Origin: Candidatus Micrarchaeota archaeon
GTDB lineage: Archaea; Micrarchaeota; Micrarchaeia; Anstonellales; Anstonellaceae
Length of the DNA: 42,614 bases
Direction of reading: 5' to 3'
Assembly: GCA_043810635.1 (NCBI GenBank)
Contig: JBDRNY010000076.1
Span: 1-42,614 of the forward strand
Of this stretch, positions 8,802 through 17,507 are shown piece after piece. The notes under the pieces were generated by a model. The model ran no database searches and was not told the DNA's origin. It saw only the letters and a program-made list of their open reading frames with translations. Position 1 is the stretch's first letter; every line of letters begins with the position of its first letter. The translations under genes were made by a program, and so were the position numbers.

Positions 8802-9401
8802 GTGGTCTTGTTGGCTAAAAAAAAGGCTCTCATTGGGAGGCCAAAATTTCATATAGAAAATATTGTTGCTTCTGCTGATTTGCAATTAGATTTAGATCTT
8901 TATTCTATTGCTTATAAAGTATATGACGTGGAATATGAGCCAGAGCAGTTTCCCGGGGCTATATTTAAAATGAAAGAGCCTAAAAGTTCGCTATTATTGT
9001 TCAAAAATGGGAAAATTATTTGCACTGGGTGCAAGAGTGAGAAGGAAGTGCAAAAAGCAGTCAACAAAACCCAGAAATTGCTTTTCAAATATGCTAAAAA
9101 TATAAGAAAAAAAGGAAAGCCCAAATTTACCGTTGAAAATATTGTGGCAAGCGCTAATTTTGCTGTAATGCTTGATTTGTATGGCATAGCATCCAGGGTA
9201 AAAGATGTGGAATATGAGCCAGAGCAATTCCCGGGCGCTATTTTCAAAATAACTGAGCCAGTAAAATCTTCCTTACTTCTCTTTAAAAACGGGAAGATAA
9301 TTTGCACTGGCTGTAAGAGTGAGAAAGAGGTGCAGCAAGCGCTGAATAAAACCGCTAAATTAATGCAGCAGTTTGCGTCGCCTCTTGAAAAGAAAAAGTA
9401 G
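8802..9401 (+). CDS. tbp: TATA-box binding protein with unusually symmetric halves
   Basis: Two repeats of ENIVASA...EYEPEQFPGAIFK...LLFKNGKIICTG; non-ATG start (GTG 8802 or TTG 8808/8811). Confidence 0.95.
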   Translation: MVLLAKKKALIGRPKFHIENIVASADLQLDLDLYSIAYKVYDVEYEPEQFPGAIFKMKEPKSSLLLFKNGKIICTGCKSEKEVQKAVNKTQKLLFKYAKNIRKKGKPKFTVENIVASANFAVMLDLYGIASRVKDVEYEPEQFPGAIFKITEPVKSSLLLFKNGKIICTGCKSEKEVQQALNKTAKLMQQFASPLEKKK

Positions 9402-9505
9402 AAATGCATCTTTTGCATTGTAGCAAACCGCAGTTTGCTAGATTGCAGGTCATAGTATTTGCGAACTGCAATATCTACAACCCCATTTAGCCGAAGGCAA
9501 GCTTT
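9402..9505. repeat. Hairpin-rich intergenic segment (terminator or degenerate hairpin-array element)
   Basis: TAGCAAAC-cgca-GTTTGCTA; ATTGCAG...CTGCAAT; TTGTAG...CTACAA; GCC-gaa-GGC followed by a T run. Confidence 0.55.
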
Positions 9506-9532
9506 TTGAATATCTTTATACTAGTCTAAAGC

Positions 9533-10165
9533 ATGGCAACCAACCCTGCAATGCTTGACAAATTAGGATTGCTTCTTGCGCTTGCAATGGGAGTGGTAGT
9601 GCTTGTTTTGGGAACAGTGGAATTTTTTGCTATTTTTCTGGTATTTCTGGCTTCAAGCGTATTGGTTACAAAATACGGGTATGCAAAGAAGAAAGAGTTT
9701 GGGCAATATGAGCATGAAAGAAGCTGGGAAAATGTGCTTGCAAACGGATTAGTGCCAATGCTTGCAGCAGTTGCATGGCCTTTTGTTGGCTGGGGCGCAT
9801 ACCTAGGTTCGGTTGCGGCAATTGCAGCAGACAAATTTGCATCAGAATTAGGGGTGCTTGGGCCTGCCCCTCGAAGCTTGATGACTTTGAAAGTTGGGAA
9901 GAAAGGGGAGAGCGGGTGTGTTTCCCCCCTCGGCACCATGATGAGCTTTACCGGCGCGCTAATTATAGGAATATTTGCCCACATACTAATGCCAGAGCAG
10001 GTGGGGCCGTGGCAGATGATTTATATTGCATTAATTGGATTTGCAGGAAGCTTTGCAGATTCTGTTGCCGGAGTGTTGGAAGAAAGGGGTATTGGAAATA
10101 AAGCTACCACAAATGCTATATGCACAATTGTAGGTGCAATATTGGGATGGGCATTCCTAAGATAA
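9533..10165 (+). CDS. DUF92 (TMEM19/VTE6-like) membrane protein
   Basis: RSWENVLANG, ADKFASELG, GESGCVSPLGT, GSFADS motifs. Confidence 0.88.
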   Translation: MATNPAMLDKLGLLLALAMGVVVLVLGTVEFFAIFLVFLASSVLVTKYGYAKKKEFGQYEHERSWENVLANGLVPMLAAVAWPFVGWGAYLGSVAAIAADKFASELGVLGPAPRSLMTLKVGKKGESGCVSPLGTMMSFTGALIIGIFAHILMPEQVGPWQMIYIALIGFAGSFADSVAGVLEERGIGNKATTNAICTIVGAILGWAFLR

Positions 10166-10265
10166 ATTAAAATGCTATTACAAAAACAAATTCCCACCGG
10201 GCGGCTCGAACCGCCAGCCGACTTTTTAATATAATTTTAAGGTAAATTAAAATGCTATTACAAAA
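10163..10265. repeat. 23-bp direct repeats flanking a 57-bp insert
   Basis: TAAATTAAAATGCTATTACAAAA at 10163-10185 and 10243-10265. Confidence 0.92.
10191..10219 (-). pseudogene. tRNA 3' fragment (T-arm plus acceptor 3' strand)
   Basis: Minus strand reads GGCGG-TTCGAG-CCGCC-CGGTGGG-A; the T-loop is one nt short and there is no D or anticodon arm. Confidence 0.6.
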
Positions 10266-10531
10266 TCAGCGCAAGTATAATTTTTTATTTCTTTTTTATA
10301 TTTAATTTCTAATTTTTCAACATCAGGCCCAAAAGAGGAATGGATATTTTTAATTCTTTTTGCAAATTCAATTATTTTTTCCTCTTCCCCTTCAACCAAT
10401 GCAATCACAGTCCCATCATCCTCGTTTCTAACCCATCCCCTCACTCCAATCTGGCGCCCAATCCTTTGGGCAAGGAACCGAAATCCCACTCCCTGCACAT
10501 TTCCATACATAATTATTTTCGCCTGTTTCAT
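10247..10531 (-). CDS. acyP: Acylphosphatase
   Basis: GNVQGVGFRF and GWVRNEDDGTV motifs; start taken as ATG 10531. Confidence 0.93.
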   Translation of the reverse strand: MKQAKIIMYGNVQGVGFRFLAQRIGRQIGVRGWVRNEDDGTVIALVEGEEEKIIEFAKRIKNIHSSFGPDVEKLEIKYKKEIKNYTCADFVIAF

Positions 10532-10612
10532 GAGGAGAAAATAGGAAGGCATATTTAAAAACATCCTTTGAATTAGAGGAGCAGGCGGCAGAATGCTGGA
10601 AAGACGGGTGCA

Positions 10613-13600
10613 TTGGGAATGTTTAAATCTCAAACAGAACAGGACGAAAAGAAGCTTCCCACATTAAACCAGCTGATCAAAAGGAAAAAACAAAAGAAAA
10701 AGCTTCCTGGAGCTGGCCAATTCATTAAAAAGCCGGGAGAGGGAAGAAAAATTACTGACATGGATGAAAAAAACGCCTTTGAATATAATGCGCAAAAAAA
10801 TCGGAAAGAAGAGGCAGAAATCTATCATAGGAATCTAGAAACATATTTGAAAATTATTGATGGCTTTTCGTCCTATGATAATCTTGATGTGCTTCAAAAA
10901 GCAGCATCCCAAGCTGTAAATTATTACACAAAGCTGACAGAATATCCAGGATACAAAGATGAAGTATCCAAGCTTCTTAAGGAATATCGCAAAAAGTTTA
11001 TGCCATGCCTGCAGAATGCAATAACTGTTGATGGAAAATTAGCAGTAGATGAAAACAATGCAATAATTTTAGCAAAAACAGTAAACACGCTCGCAGAAAC
11101 CATGGCGCTTTACAATGGCTTTGACAGGGCTGCTTCAGATCATATTTTAAGAGGGATAGCCCCCAATCTTGCAGGCTTTCAGGAAGCATATGCCAAGCTG
11201 CGCGGAGATGGAAAAACTCCGAGCAAATATGAACCATATCTTAATGATATTTTGTCATCACGTTATGGTATAGATGGGGCGGGCTTTGCCCAAATACGCG
11301 CCCTTTTGGGAATGAACAGGTCTTCATCATCTGCAGCCAGGCAGTATTATGAAATAATGGACAATATAGTTTTCCAAAATGATAGGGGCAGGGCTAAACT
11401 CGACAGGGCTTATAAGCTATGGAGAGAATTTTCTGATAGATATGGAACAACTGAGTCTGCAGATGACCCGGTTGCTCTTCTTTCCGGCGCAGGACCGGGG
11501 GGTCAGATTAAATATTCTTATATTGCATTTCCTGCAAACTTGCTGGTTGAGGGCTGGCGAAATACATTTGATTTTGCATCCCAGCTTGTTGCAGCAAACA
11601 CCTTTGGCCAACAATTGAAATATCTGAGCCAGACACAGCTTTTTACTGCAGTAAAATCTGGCTCCACCCTTCCTCCCGGAACACAGGCAATATATTTTGG
11701 CCGCACTAAGTTCTTTGAGCGCGTAGCTGAGTTCAATTTCCTTACTCCACAAAATGTTCCAAATCCGCTTTTAGAAACTGAAGAAGAGCAGATGCAAGAT
11801 GCCTTGAAAAGTGATTTTAGCAATATAACTTCGCGTTATCTTTCAACGCTTTATTATATGCAAGAAAACCAGCAAGAAAGATATAATACTATGAGCAATG
11901 CAATGGACCGATTTGAAAGCGCGCTTTATGCAGCAGCCAGCCGTGTGGACGAAGTGCAGAACAGGGTTGCGGACCCGGCGGCTCTTAGCCGCGGCTCAAT
12001 CCAAATTCCAATGATATTTCTTGCCAGAGGCGCGCCGATGTTTATGCCTGGCATGAATGCAGTTATGCTGGGAAGGCTTCCATATGTCAGCATATTTGAG
12101 GGCATGACTATTCAGGAAATTACCAAAACAATGAGCTTCCGGGAAAGCAATATGATAAATAATTTTCTTCTCAACCGCTATTATGCAGATGAATATCTAA
12201 AGAGGCTGCTTTCTACCAGGATGATGGAAATCAACACCCGTAAAAATTACCTTCATTTTCTGCCAGGTTATGAAAGTGTGCTGGGAGAGCTTGCCAAAGA
12301 ATTTAATGCAATCAGAAAAAACTTAGCTGATCTGACTTGGAAGCAGGCATCTGGAAAAGCATCATTTTTCGGAGGAGAAGGCAGACGTGCTGAAGGCGCT
12401 GGTTTTGATGCTCAATTATATATGCAAGGTATTAACCCAAGGCAAACCTGCACTTTGGAAGGTTTCTTTGTTCCTGAAAAAGGTCTCAAAGATATAATGG
12501 GTAGGGGTAAGCTTACCCAAACCGAAGTGGCTGGCGCCAATATTTGGGACTTAATGGGTAGGATTGACAGGTATATTAGTGAGGGAACCGGCGTATCAGG
12601 CATCACATTTTCGCCAGTCACTAATACAATTTCAATCGCTAACCTTGATATGACTTATGGCACTACAGACGGAATGTGCAGAGCCAACTTTTGGGGTGTT
12701 TCAAGAGTGGGTGAAAATCCGCGAGTTGCTGAAACATATTATGGCACTGCACTTATGCGCACCAATGGTCAATGGGTAAGGATAGTTATTGACCATGATG
12801 CAATTGTGAAAGGCGGGCTCAAGGATGCGCTTGATCACTTTTTTGCCCATACTAATGTGGACTTTGGCAAAGGATATATTTCAAGGTCGGCAATAGAAAA
12901 AGACAGTTGGGATTATGAAGGAAGCGATTACAATAACGAGGGTACTGGGCTTATGTGTGTGGGGCAGATTCCGCCTATGGCAAAACTCGTCGCTGGAGGG
13001 GCAGGATCTGTTGATAAAGAAACTGCAGGTGTTGCAAGCATAGAGATTGGAAAAGATATATATCTCACAGCCATGACATACAAGTTTAATGATAGAGATT
13101 TGTATGGAGGCGGATGGGGATATGGCACAAGCGGATTGGCACAGAGGGGGGCATCAAGATATATGAATTATCGCCTTTATGAAAAGCCAAGGGAAGATTT
13201 TGTTAGTTCCACTTATATTGGCGCAGTGGAATTGCATGCAGATGAAAAATTCAGGGCCATGATATTTGGGGGAAGCACGGTGCCAATAAAAGAAGATGCA
13301 AAAGAGTCAATATTAGCAGGCGGGGAGCTTACAACAGAATTTAATTATCTAGGAGTAGGGGCAGAATATAACAATAAAACTGAGAGATTGGACAGATTTA
13401 ATCTCCGCTCTTATGGAAAGATTCTTCCGCACACTGATTATACGATTTATACTGATGTTGAGCGAGATCAGCGCAGCTTGTTTTATGGTGGAATAACCCA
13501 TAGGTTTGGTAAAGAAGGGGAAATCGGCTCGGCAACAATTTTCGGAACTTCAAATGAATTTGGAAGACTTATGAGTTCAACAGCTGTGCAGTCACTTGCT

Positions 13601-14476
13601 TTGCAAGCAAAATCACTTATTGATGATGTTAGCTCAGAATCTAACCCGACAAGAGAACAGGAAGTGTATTGGCTTGAGCGAATGCGGCACATTGGCAACT
13701 GGGCTGTGAGGCAGGCGCCCGAAGATTTTTGGAGAAACCAGCCAGCATATCAATTTGGCATTGGATATTCTGCAAACCGTAATAAAAAAGGAACTGATTG
13801 GTACCGGGATATTGACGGAGTATTTATGATGGGGGGTATTTTCGACACTGACGGAAAAAAGAGCCAGACATATTCACTGGCAGTGAATTACAGAAACAAA
13901 GTTGGATTGTTCGGTGCATACAAATCAGATACAGATTATACTGGCGGTATGAAATTCGGATTTGGAAAGGCGTCAGCGGGAATATATTTCTCAAGTATTG
14001 ATGTTCCGGGAATTCAGGGGCAGAAACCCAGCTTCAGGATGACAACTGTAGATGCAGGAGAGCGCGGATTGTTGTTTAGCGAAAATACCCAGACTTCGGC
14101 AGCACTTTCTGTTGGAAGCAAAGGAAGCTACAAATTCCACATTTTCAATGCTGTTGAAGGAGAGAAAGGGGATGTATTCGGGCAGATAGATGTTTATGGT
14201 TACCAGATGCCTGCTGGCTGGCTTGCTGGGCAGGAAATAGGCGGAGGATATAGGTCCAGCGCTTTTGATATGGCAATGTTAGGAATTAGTCAGCTGTATT
14301 GGAAAGTGTATGGAGGCATAGGCCAGATAAATACCACACCATTTGATGGGTATTATATCAATATAGGAAGCACGATATTCGGGAAAAACCAATCTTTGCA
14401 GATTGATATGCGCGGGATGTTTCATGGCAAAACCAGGTATTGGAATGCCGGCTTAACATACCAATATAGTCTATAA
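10613..14476 (+). CDS. Large hypothetical protein with a helical N-half and a beta-strand-rich C-half
   Basis: 1287-aa open frame; no recognisable family. Confidence 0.85.
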   Translation: MGMFKSQTEQDEKKLPTLNQLIKRKKQKKKLPGAGQFIKKPGEGRKITDMDEKNAFEYNAQKNRKEEAEIYHRNLETYLKIIDGFSSYDNLDVLQKAASQAVNYYTKLTEYPGYKDEVSKLLKEYRKKFMPCLQNAITVDGKLAVDENNAIILAKTVNTLAETMALYNGFDRAASDHILRGIAPNLAGFQEAYAKLRGDGKTPSKYEPYLNDILSSRYGIDGAGFAQIRALLGMNRSSSSAARQYYEIMDNIVFQNDRGRAKLDRAYKLWREFSDRYGTTESADDPVALLSGAGPGGQIKYSYIAFPANLLVEGWRNTFDFASQLVAANTFGQQLKYLSQTQLFTAVKSGSTLPPGTQAIYFGRTKFFERVAEFNFLTPQNVPNPLLETEEEQMQDALKSDFSNITSRYLSTLYYMQENQQERYNTMSNAMDRFESALYAAASRVDEVQNRVADPAALSRGSIQIPMIFLARGAPMFMPGMNAVMLGRLPYVSIFEGMTIQEITKTMSFRESNMINNFLLNRYYADEYLKRLLSTRMMEINTRKNYLHFLPGYESVLGELAKEFNAIRKNLADLTWKQASGKASFFGGEGRRAEGAGFDAQLYMQGINPRQTCTLEGFFVPEKGLKDIMGRGKLTQTEVAGANIWDLMGRIDRYISEGTGVSGITFSPVTNTISIANLDMTYGTTDGMCRANFWGVSRVGENPRVAETYYGTALMRTNGQWVRIVIDHDAIVKGGLKDALDHFFAHTNVDFGKGYISRSAIEKDSWDYEGSDYNNEGTGLMCVGQIPPMAKLVAGGAGSVDKETAGVASIEIGKDIYLTAMTYKFNDRDLYGGGWGYGTSGLAQRGASRYMNYRLYEKPREDFVSSTYIGAVELHADEKFRAMIFGGSTVPIKEDAKESILAGGELTTEFNYLGVGAEYNNKTERLDRFNLRSYGKILPHTDYTIYTDVERDQRSLFYGGITHRFGKEGEIGSATIFGTSNEFGRLMSSTAVQSLALQAKSLIDDVSSESNPTREQEVYWLERMRHIGNWAVRQAPEDFWRNQPAYQFGIGYSANRNKKGTDWYRDIDGVFMMGGIFDTDGKKSQTYSLAVNYRNKVGLFGAYKSDTDYTGGMKFGFGKASAGIYFSSIDVPGIQGQKPSFRMTTVDAGERGLLFSENTQTSAALSVGSKGSYKFHIFNAVEGEKGDVFGQIDVYGYQMPAGWLAGQEIGGGYRSSAFDMAMLGISQLYWKVYGGIGQINTTPFDGYYINIGSTIFGKNQSLQIDMRGMFHGKTRYWNAGLTYQYSL

Positions 14477-14529
14477 CACTGACAAAATAAAAACAAACCC
14501 TTTTATTCAATATGTGAGTGGATGAGAAT

Positions 14530-15579
14530 ATGGAATTGAAAAAAATATATGTGTTTGCATTTGTTTTGCTTGCAATTTCTGCAATTGCATTCAGCGTGCA
14601 ATTGAATATTTCGGTAACTGACAAGGATTCCACGAAATTGGTGGGCACTACTGTGCAGATAATGGAGGGAAAAACTGTAATTGAGGAAGAAGTTGCCGAT
14701 GAATTGGGAGTGGTTAGGTTTAATCTTACAAAAGGGCCTTATTTTGTGAAATTGGCAAGGGGCTCTTATCCTGAGCATGTTGTATTGATGGTGCTTGAAG
14801 GTGATACTGCCACCCAGCTTATAATAAGCTTGCACAAGCCGACATATACATTGTATGGCAAAATTATCGACGAGCCGGCAGATAAATGGGAAGGGCAGAA
14901 ATTATATCTTGTTGATATAGGCGATTCAAAGGCTGCTGAAACAACTGTAAGAAAGAAAGGGTATTATTCAATGGACATTGTATGGCCGGGAGAGAGATAC
15001 AAATTAAGGATTGGAAACGGGGAAGATAAAAAAATCTCTGCGCCCTTTTCATATGATGTTGCGGGGGCGTATTATGTTGAAATGGATTTGAGGGAAGGAG
15101 GAAGTTTCACTAGTGTTGCGCCAAAGATGACAGTGCCGCAAAAAGGGGATGAGGGAAAGAGCATAAATATTTATTTGAAAGCAGGGGAAGAGCCGATTGT
15201 CGGGGAGGAAATTAATGTAACAACTCCTGTCGGGGAGACTGTGATAATTACTAATGAATACGGTGCTGCGCAAATATTTGCCGCAGGTGAGGGGGAATAT
15301 TTGTTTGCATGGAATAATTTAAGCGCAAGCACAATTGTAGGAACAGTGTACCAGCCGCCGGTGGTTGAGGAAGAGGAGGAAGAAGAGGAAATTGAGCCTG
15401 CGCCAATAATTTCCCAGCCTCAAAAAGAGGAGGAAGAAGTGAAGGATGATACAATGCTTTTCGGGGCAGGGGCTGCAGGAATGATAGTTTTTGCGGCTGT
15501 TGTGCTCGGAGTGTTTGTGGCGGGAGGGATTGCGTATTATTTAACCCGGAAAAAATCCAGGAAAAAAAAGAAAAAGTAG
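14530..15579 (+). CDS. Surface protein with carboxypeptidase-regulatory/Ig-like domains and a C-terminal TM anchor
   Basis: Signal peptide, beta-sandwich-like segments, poly-Glu linker, TM helix, basic tail. Confidence 0.7.
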   Translation: MELKKIYVFAFVLLAISAIAFSVQLNISVTDKDSTKLVGTTVQIMEGKTVIEEEVADELGVVRFNLTKGPYFVKLARGSYPEHVVLMVLEGDTATQLIISLHKPTYTLYGKIIDEPADKWEGQKLYLVDIGDSKAAETTVRKKGYYSMDIVWPGERYKLRIGNGEDKKISAPFSYDVAGAYYVEMDLREGGSFTSVAPKMTVPQKGDEGKSINIYLKAGEEPIVGEEINVTTPVGETVIITNEYGAAQIFAAGEGEYLFAWNNLSASTIVGTVYQPPVVEEEEEEEEIEPAPIISQPQKEEEEVKDDTMLFGAGAAGMIVFAAVVLGVFVAGGIAYYLTRKKSRKKKKK

Positions 15580-15585
15580 ATTAAA

Positions 15586-16632
15586 ATGTTTGAATTTGTT
15601 TCAAATTTAGCATATTCCGGCTCGCTTATTCTTCATGACAATTTGTTTTATATTGCACTGACTATTGCTATTGCAATATTTGTTTCATATGCAGATGCAC
15701 AAAATACTAAAAAGAAATTTTATCACATAGTGTCAACAATTGCAGTATGCCTTCTTTTGGCAATATTATTGAAAGAATTGATTGCAACCCCCCGCCCCTG
15801 CATGCTGGAAGGGGGGCTGGTTTCACAATGCCCGAATAATTTCTCTTTGCCTTCCACCCATGCGGCTGTTGCGTTTGCACTTGCGGTTGCGCTTATTGGG
15901 GGCAGGATGTTTCCGCTTGCATTATTGTGGGGAGTTGTTGTAAGCGCATCCAGGATATATTTGGGGGTGCATACTCCGATAGATGTGTTTGCAGGGTTGG
16001 GGCTTGCAATATTTGCGCTTGCAATAGTGGAATCATTTGAAGTGCACCAGCCTGTGCTGGCCCATAAGAGGAAATGGAAAGGGTTGAAAAAGAGCGTGGA
16101 ATATGCAAGGCAATTTGTGCATGCAGGAATAGGCATACTGTTTTTTGCTATTGCGTATTTTTTTGGAAACGCGGTCGGGGCAGTGCTTGTTGCATTCCCC
16201 CTTCTTTTTGGAATTATAATATTCCATTTTAAGTCAATTGGAATAAAAGTGCCTGTTGCTGATGATATATTGAAATTTGTTGAAAGGCCGGGGTTTGCTC
16301 CAGGGTTTGGGGCATTGGCATTTTTTGCGGGCATGCTTATATGCCTTGCATTTTTTGAGCAGAAAATGGCATTATCCATGCTTTTCATACTTACAATATC
16401 TGATTCTGTTTCCACAATTATCGGAAGAAAATACGGGAAAATTCCTCTTCCGTATAATAAGAAAAAAAGCTATGCCGGGAGTGCGGCATTTTTTGTTTCA
16501 TCGCTTCCGGTTTATTTTATTGGTGGAATTCCGGCATTAGGGGCGGCTGTTGTTGCAACTGTTTTGGAAAGTTTGCCCATAAAGTTGGATGATAATTTGA
16601 CAATTCCGTGGGCAGGGCTTGTAGCTATATGA
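15586..16632 (+). CDS. PAP2 phosphatase fused to a dolichol/phytol-kinase-like (CTP-dependent) domain
   Basis: PAP2 motifs KxxxxxxRP, PSTH, SRIYLGVH; kinase motifs RQFVH, DSVSTIIGRKYG, KKSYAGS, ES...DDNLTIP. Confidence 0.85.
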   Translation: MFEFVSNLAYSGSLILHDNLFYIALTIAIAIFVSYADAQNTKKKFYHIVSTIAVCLLLAILLKELIATPRPCMLEGGLVSQCPNNFSLPSTHAAVAFALAVALIGGRMFPLALLWGVVVSASRIYLGVHTPIDVFAGLGLAIFALAIVESFEVHQPVLAHKRKWKGLKKSVEYARQFVHAGIGILFFAIAYFFGNAVGAVLVAFPLLFGIIIFHFKSIGIKVPVADDILKFVERPGFAPGFGALAFFAGMLICLAFFEQKMALSMLFILTISDSVSTIIGRKYGKIPLPYNKKKSYAGSAAFFVSSLPVYFIGGIPALGAAVVATVLESLPIKLDDNLTIPWAGLVAI

Positions 16633-16666
16633 AAAGAAATATAATCTATATTTGAGTCTGGTATTT

Positions 16667-17005
16667 ATGGGACTGGCTGACTTGATTGGGGGCATTTTTG
16701 GGGGGAGAAAGGAGGGAAGGCCCAAAATAAAGGCAAAATGCCCGAAATGCAAAGCAGATGTGGATACAAGCATGGAAAGGTGCCCCAGCTGCGGCACCCA
16801 CATAGATTTGATGTTCAGGATAAAATGCCCTGAATGCGGGGCTGCAAATAAATTGGATGAAAAAGAGTGCCATGACTGCAAGGCAAAATTATATGATGAA
16901 AAAGAGCCTGTAAGAAAGAAAACCAGGTATGTTTGCCCTATTTGCGGCTATAGGGCGGATTATTATATGCTAAAATGCCCTGCTTGTGAAACTAGGTTTG
17001 TGTAG
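16667..17005 (+). CDS. Multi zinc-ribbon protein (double zinc ribbon family)
   Basis: Six CxxC motifs. Confidence 0.85.
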   Translation: MGLADLIGGIFGGRKEGRPKIKAKCPKCKADVDTSMERCPSCGTHIDLMFRIKCPECGAANKLDEKECHDCKAKLYDEKEPVRKKTRYVCPICGYRADYYMLKCPACETRFV

Positions 17006-17046
17006 TTGAACAAATCCTTTTAAATTCAAAAAAAGAAAGAAAAGCT

Positions 17047-17505
17047 ATGGAATGCATACCGTCATCGTATAAAAAAGAGGCGATATATCTTTGGGTACCC
17101 ATACTGATAATCGAGTTTATAATCGCCATGACCAACTTTCACATCATTGATGTAGAGTTGACAATACTAAGTATAATCGATTTTAGGTTTACATATGTAA
17201 TTGCCATGCTCATTGCCCTTTTTGCAGTTTTCTACACTATATATCTGGTTTTGAAGCACAAAAACACATTTATCAAGGTAGAGGAGGATAGGATTGTATA
17301 TTATGAGGGAATTTTGAATAAAACTACTGTGAGCATACCATATTCAAAGATAGAAAATGTAAACACTCATCAGGACATCCTCAGCAGAATGCTCGGGCTT
17401 GTGGACCTAAAAATACATTCTGCTGCAACAGAAAAGGCAGACATCGAGCACTATGACGCAGTTTATTCCGTGTTCAAAAAATATGAAACAAAGCTCAAAT
17501 CATAG
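17047..17505 (+). CDS. Membrane protein with a bacterial-type PH (bPH_2) domain
   Basis: Two TM helices followed by GILNKTTVSIPYSKIENV...RMLGLVDLKIHSA. Confidence 0.8.
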   Translation: MECIPSSYKKEAIYLWVPILIIEFIIAMTNFHIIDVELTILSIIDFRFTYVIAMLIALFAVFYTIYLVLKHKNTFIKVEEDRIVYYEGILNKTTVSIPYSKIENVNTHQDILSRMLGLVDLKIHSAATEKADIEHYDAVYSVFKKYETKLKS

Positions 17506-17507
17506 AT

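Noticed and set aside
8661..8885. 75-aa N-terminal extension of L21e in the ORF track
   Set aside because: It overlaps tbp and the promoter region; homology starts at ATG 8660.
10163..10265. Repeat-spacer-repeat resembling a minimal CRISPR array
   Set aside because: Only two repeats, the repeat is the 3' end of a coding gene, and there are no cas genes or leader.
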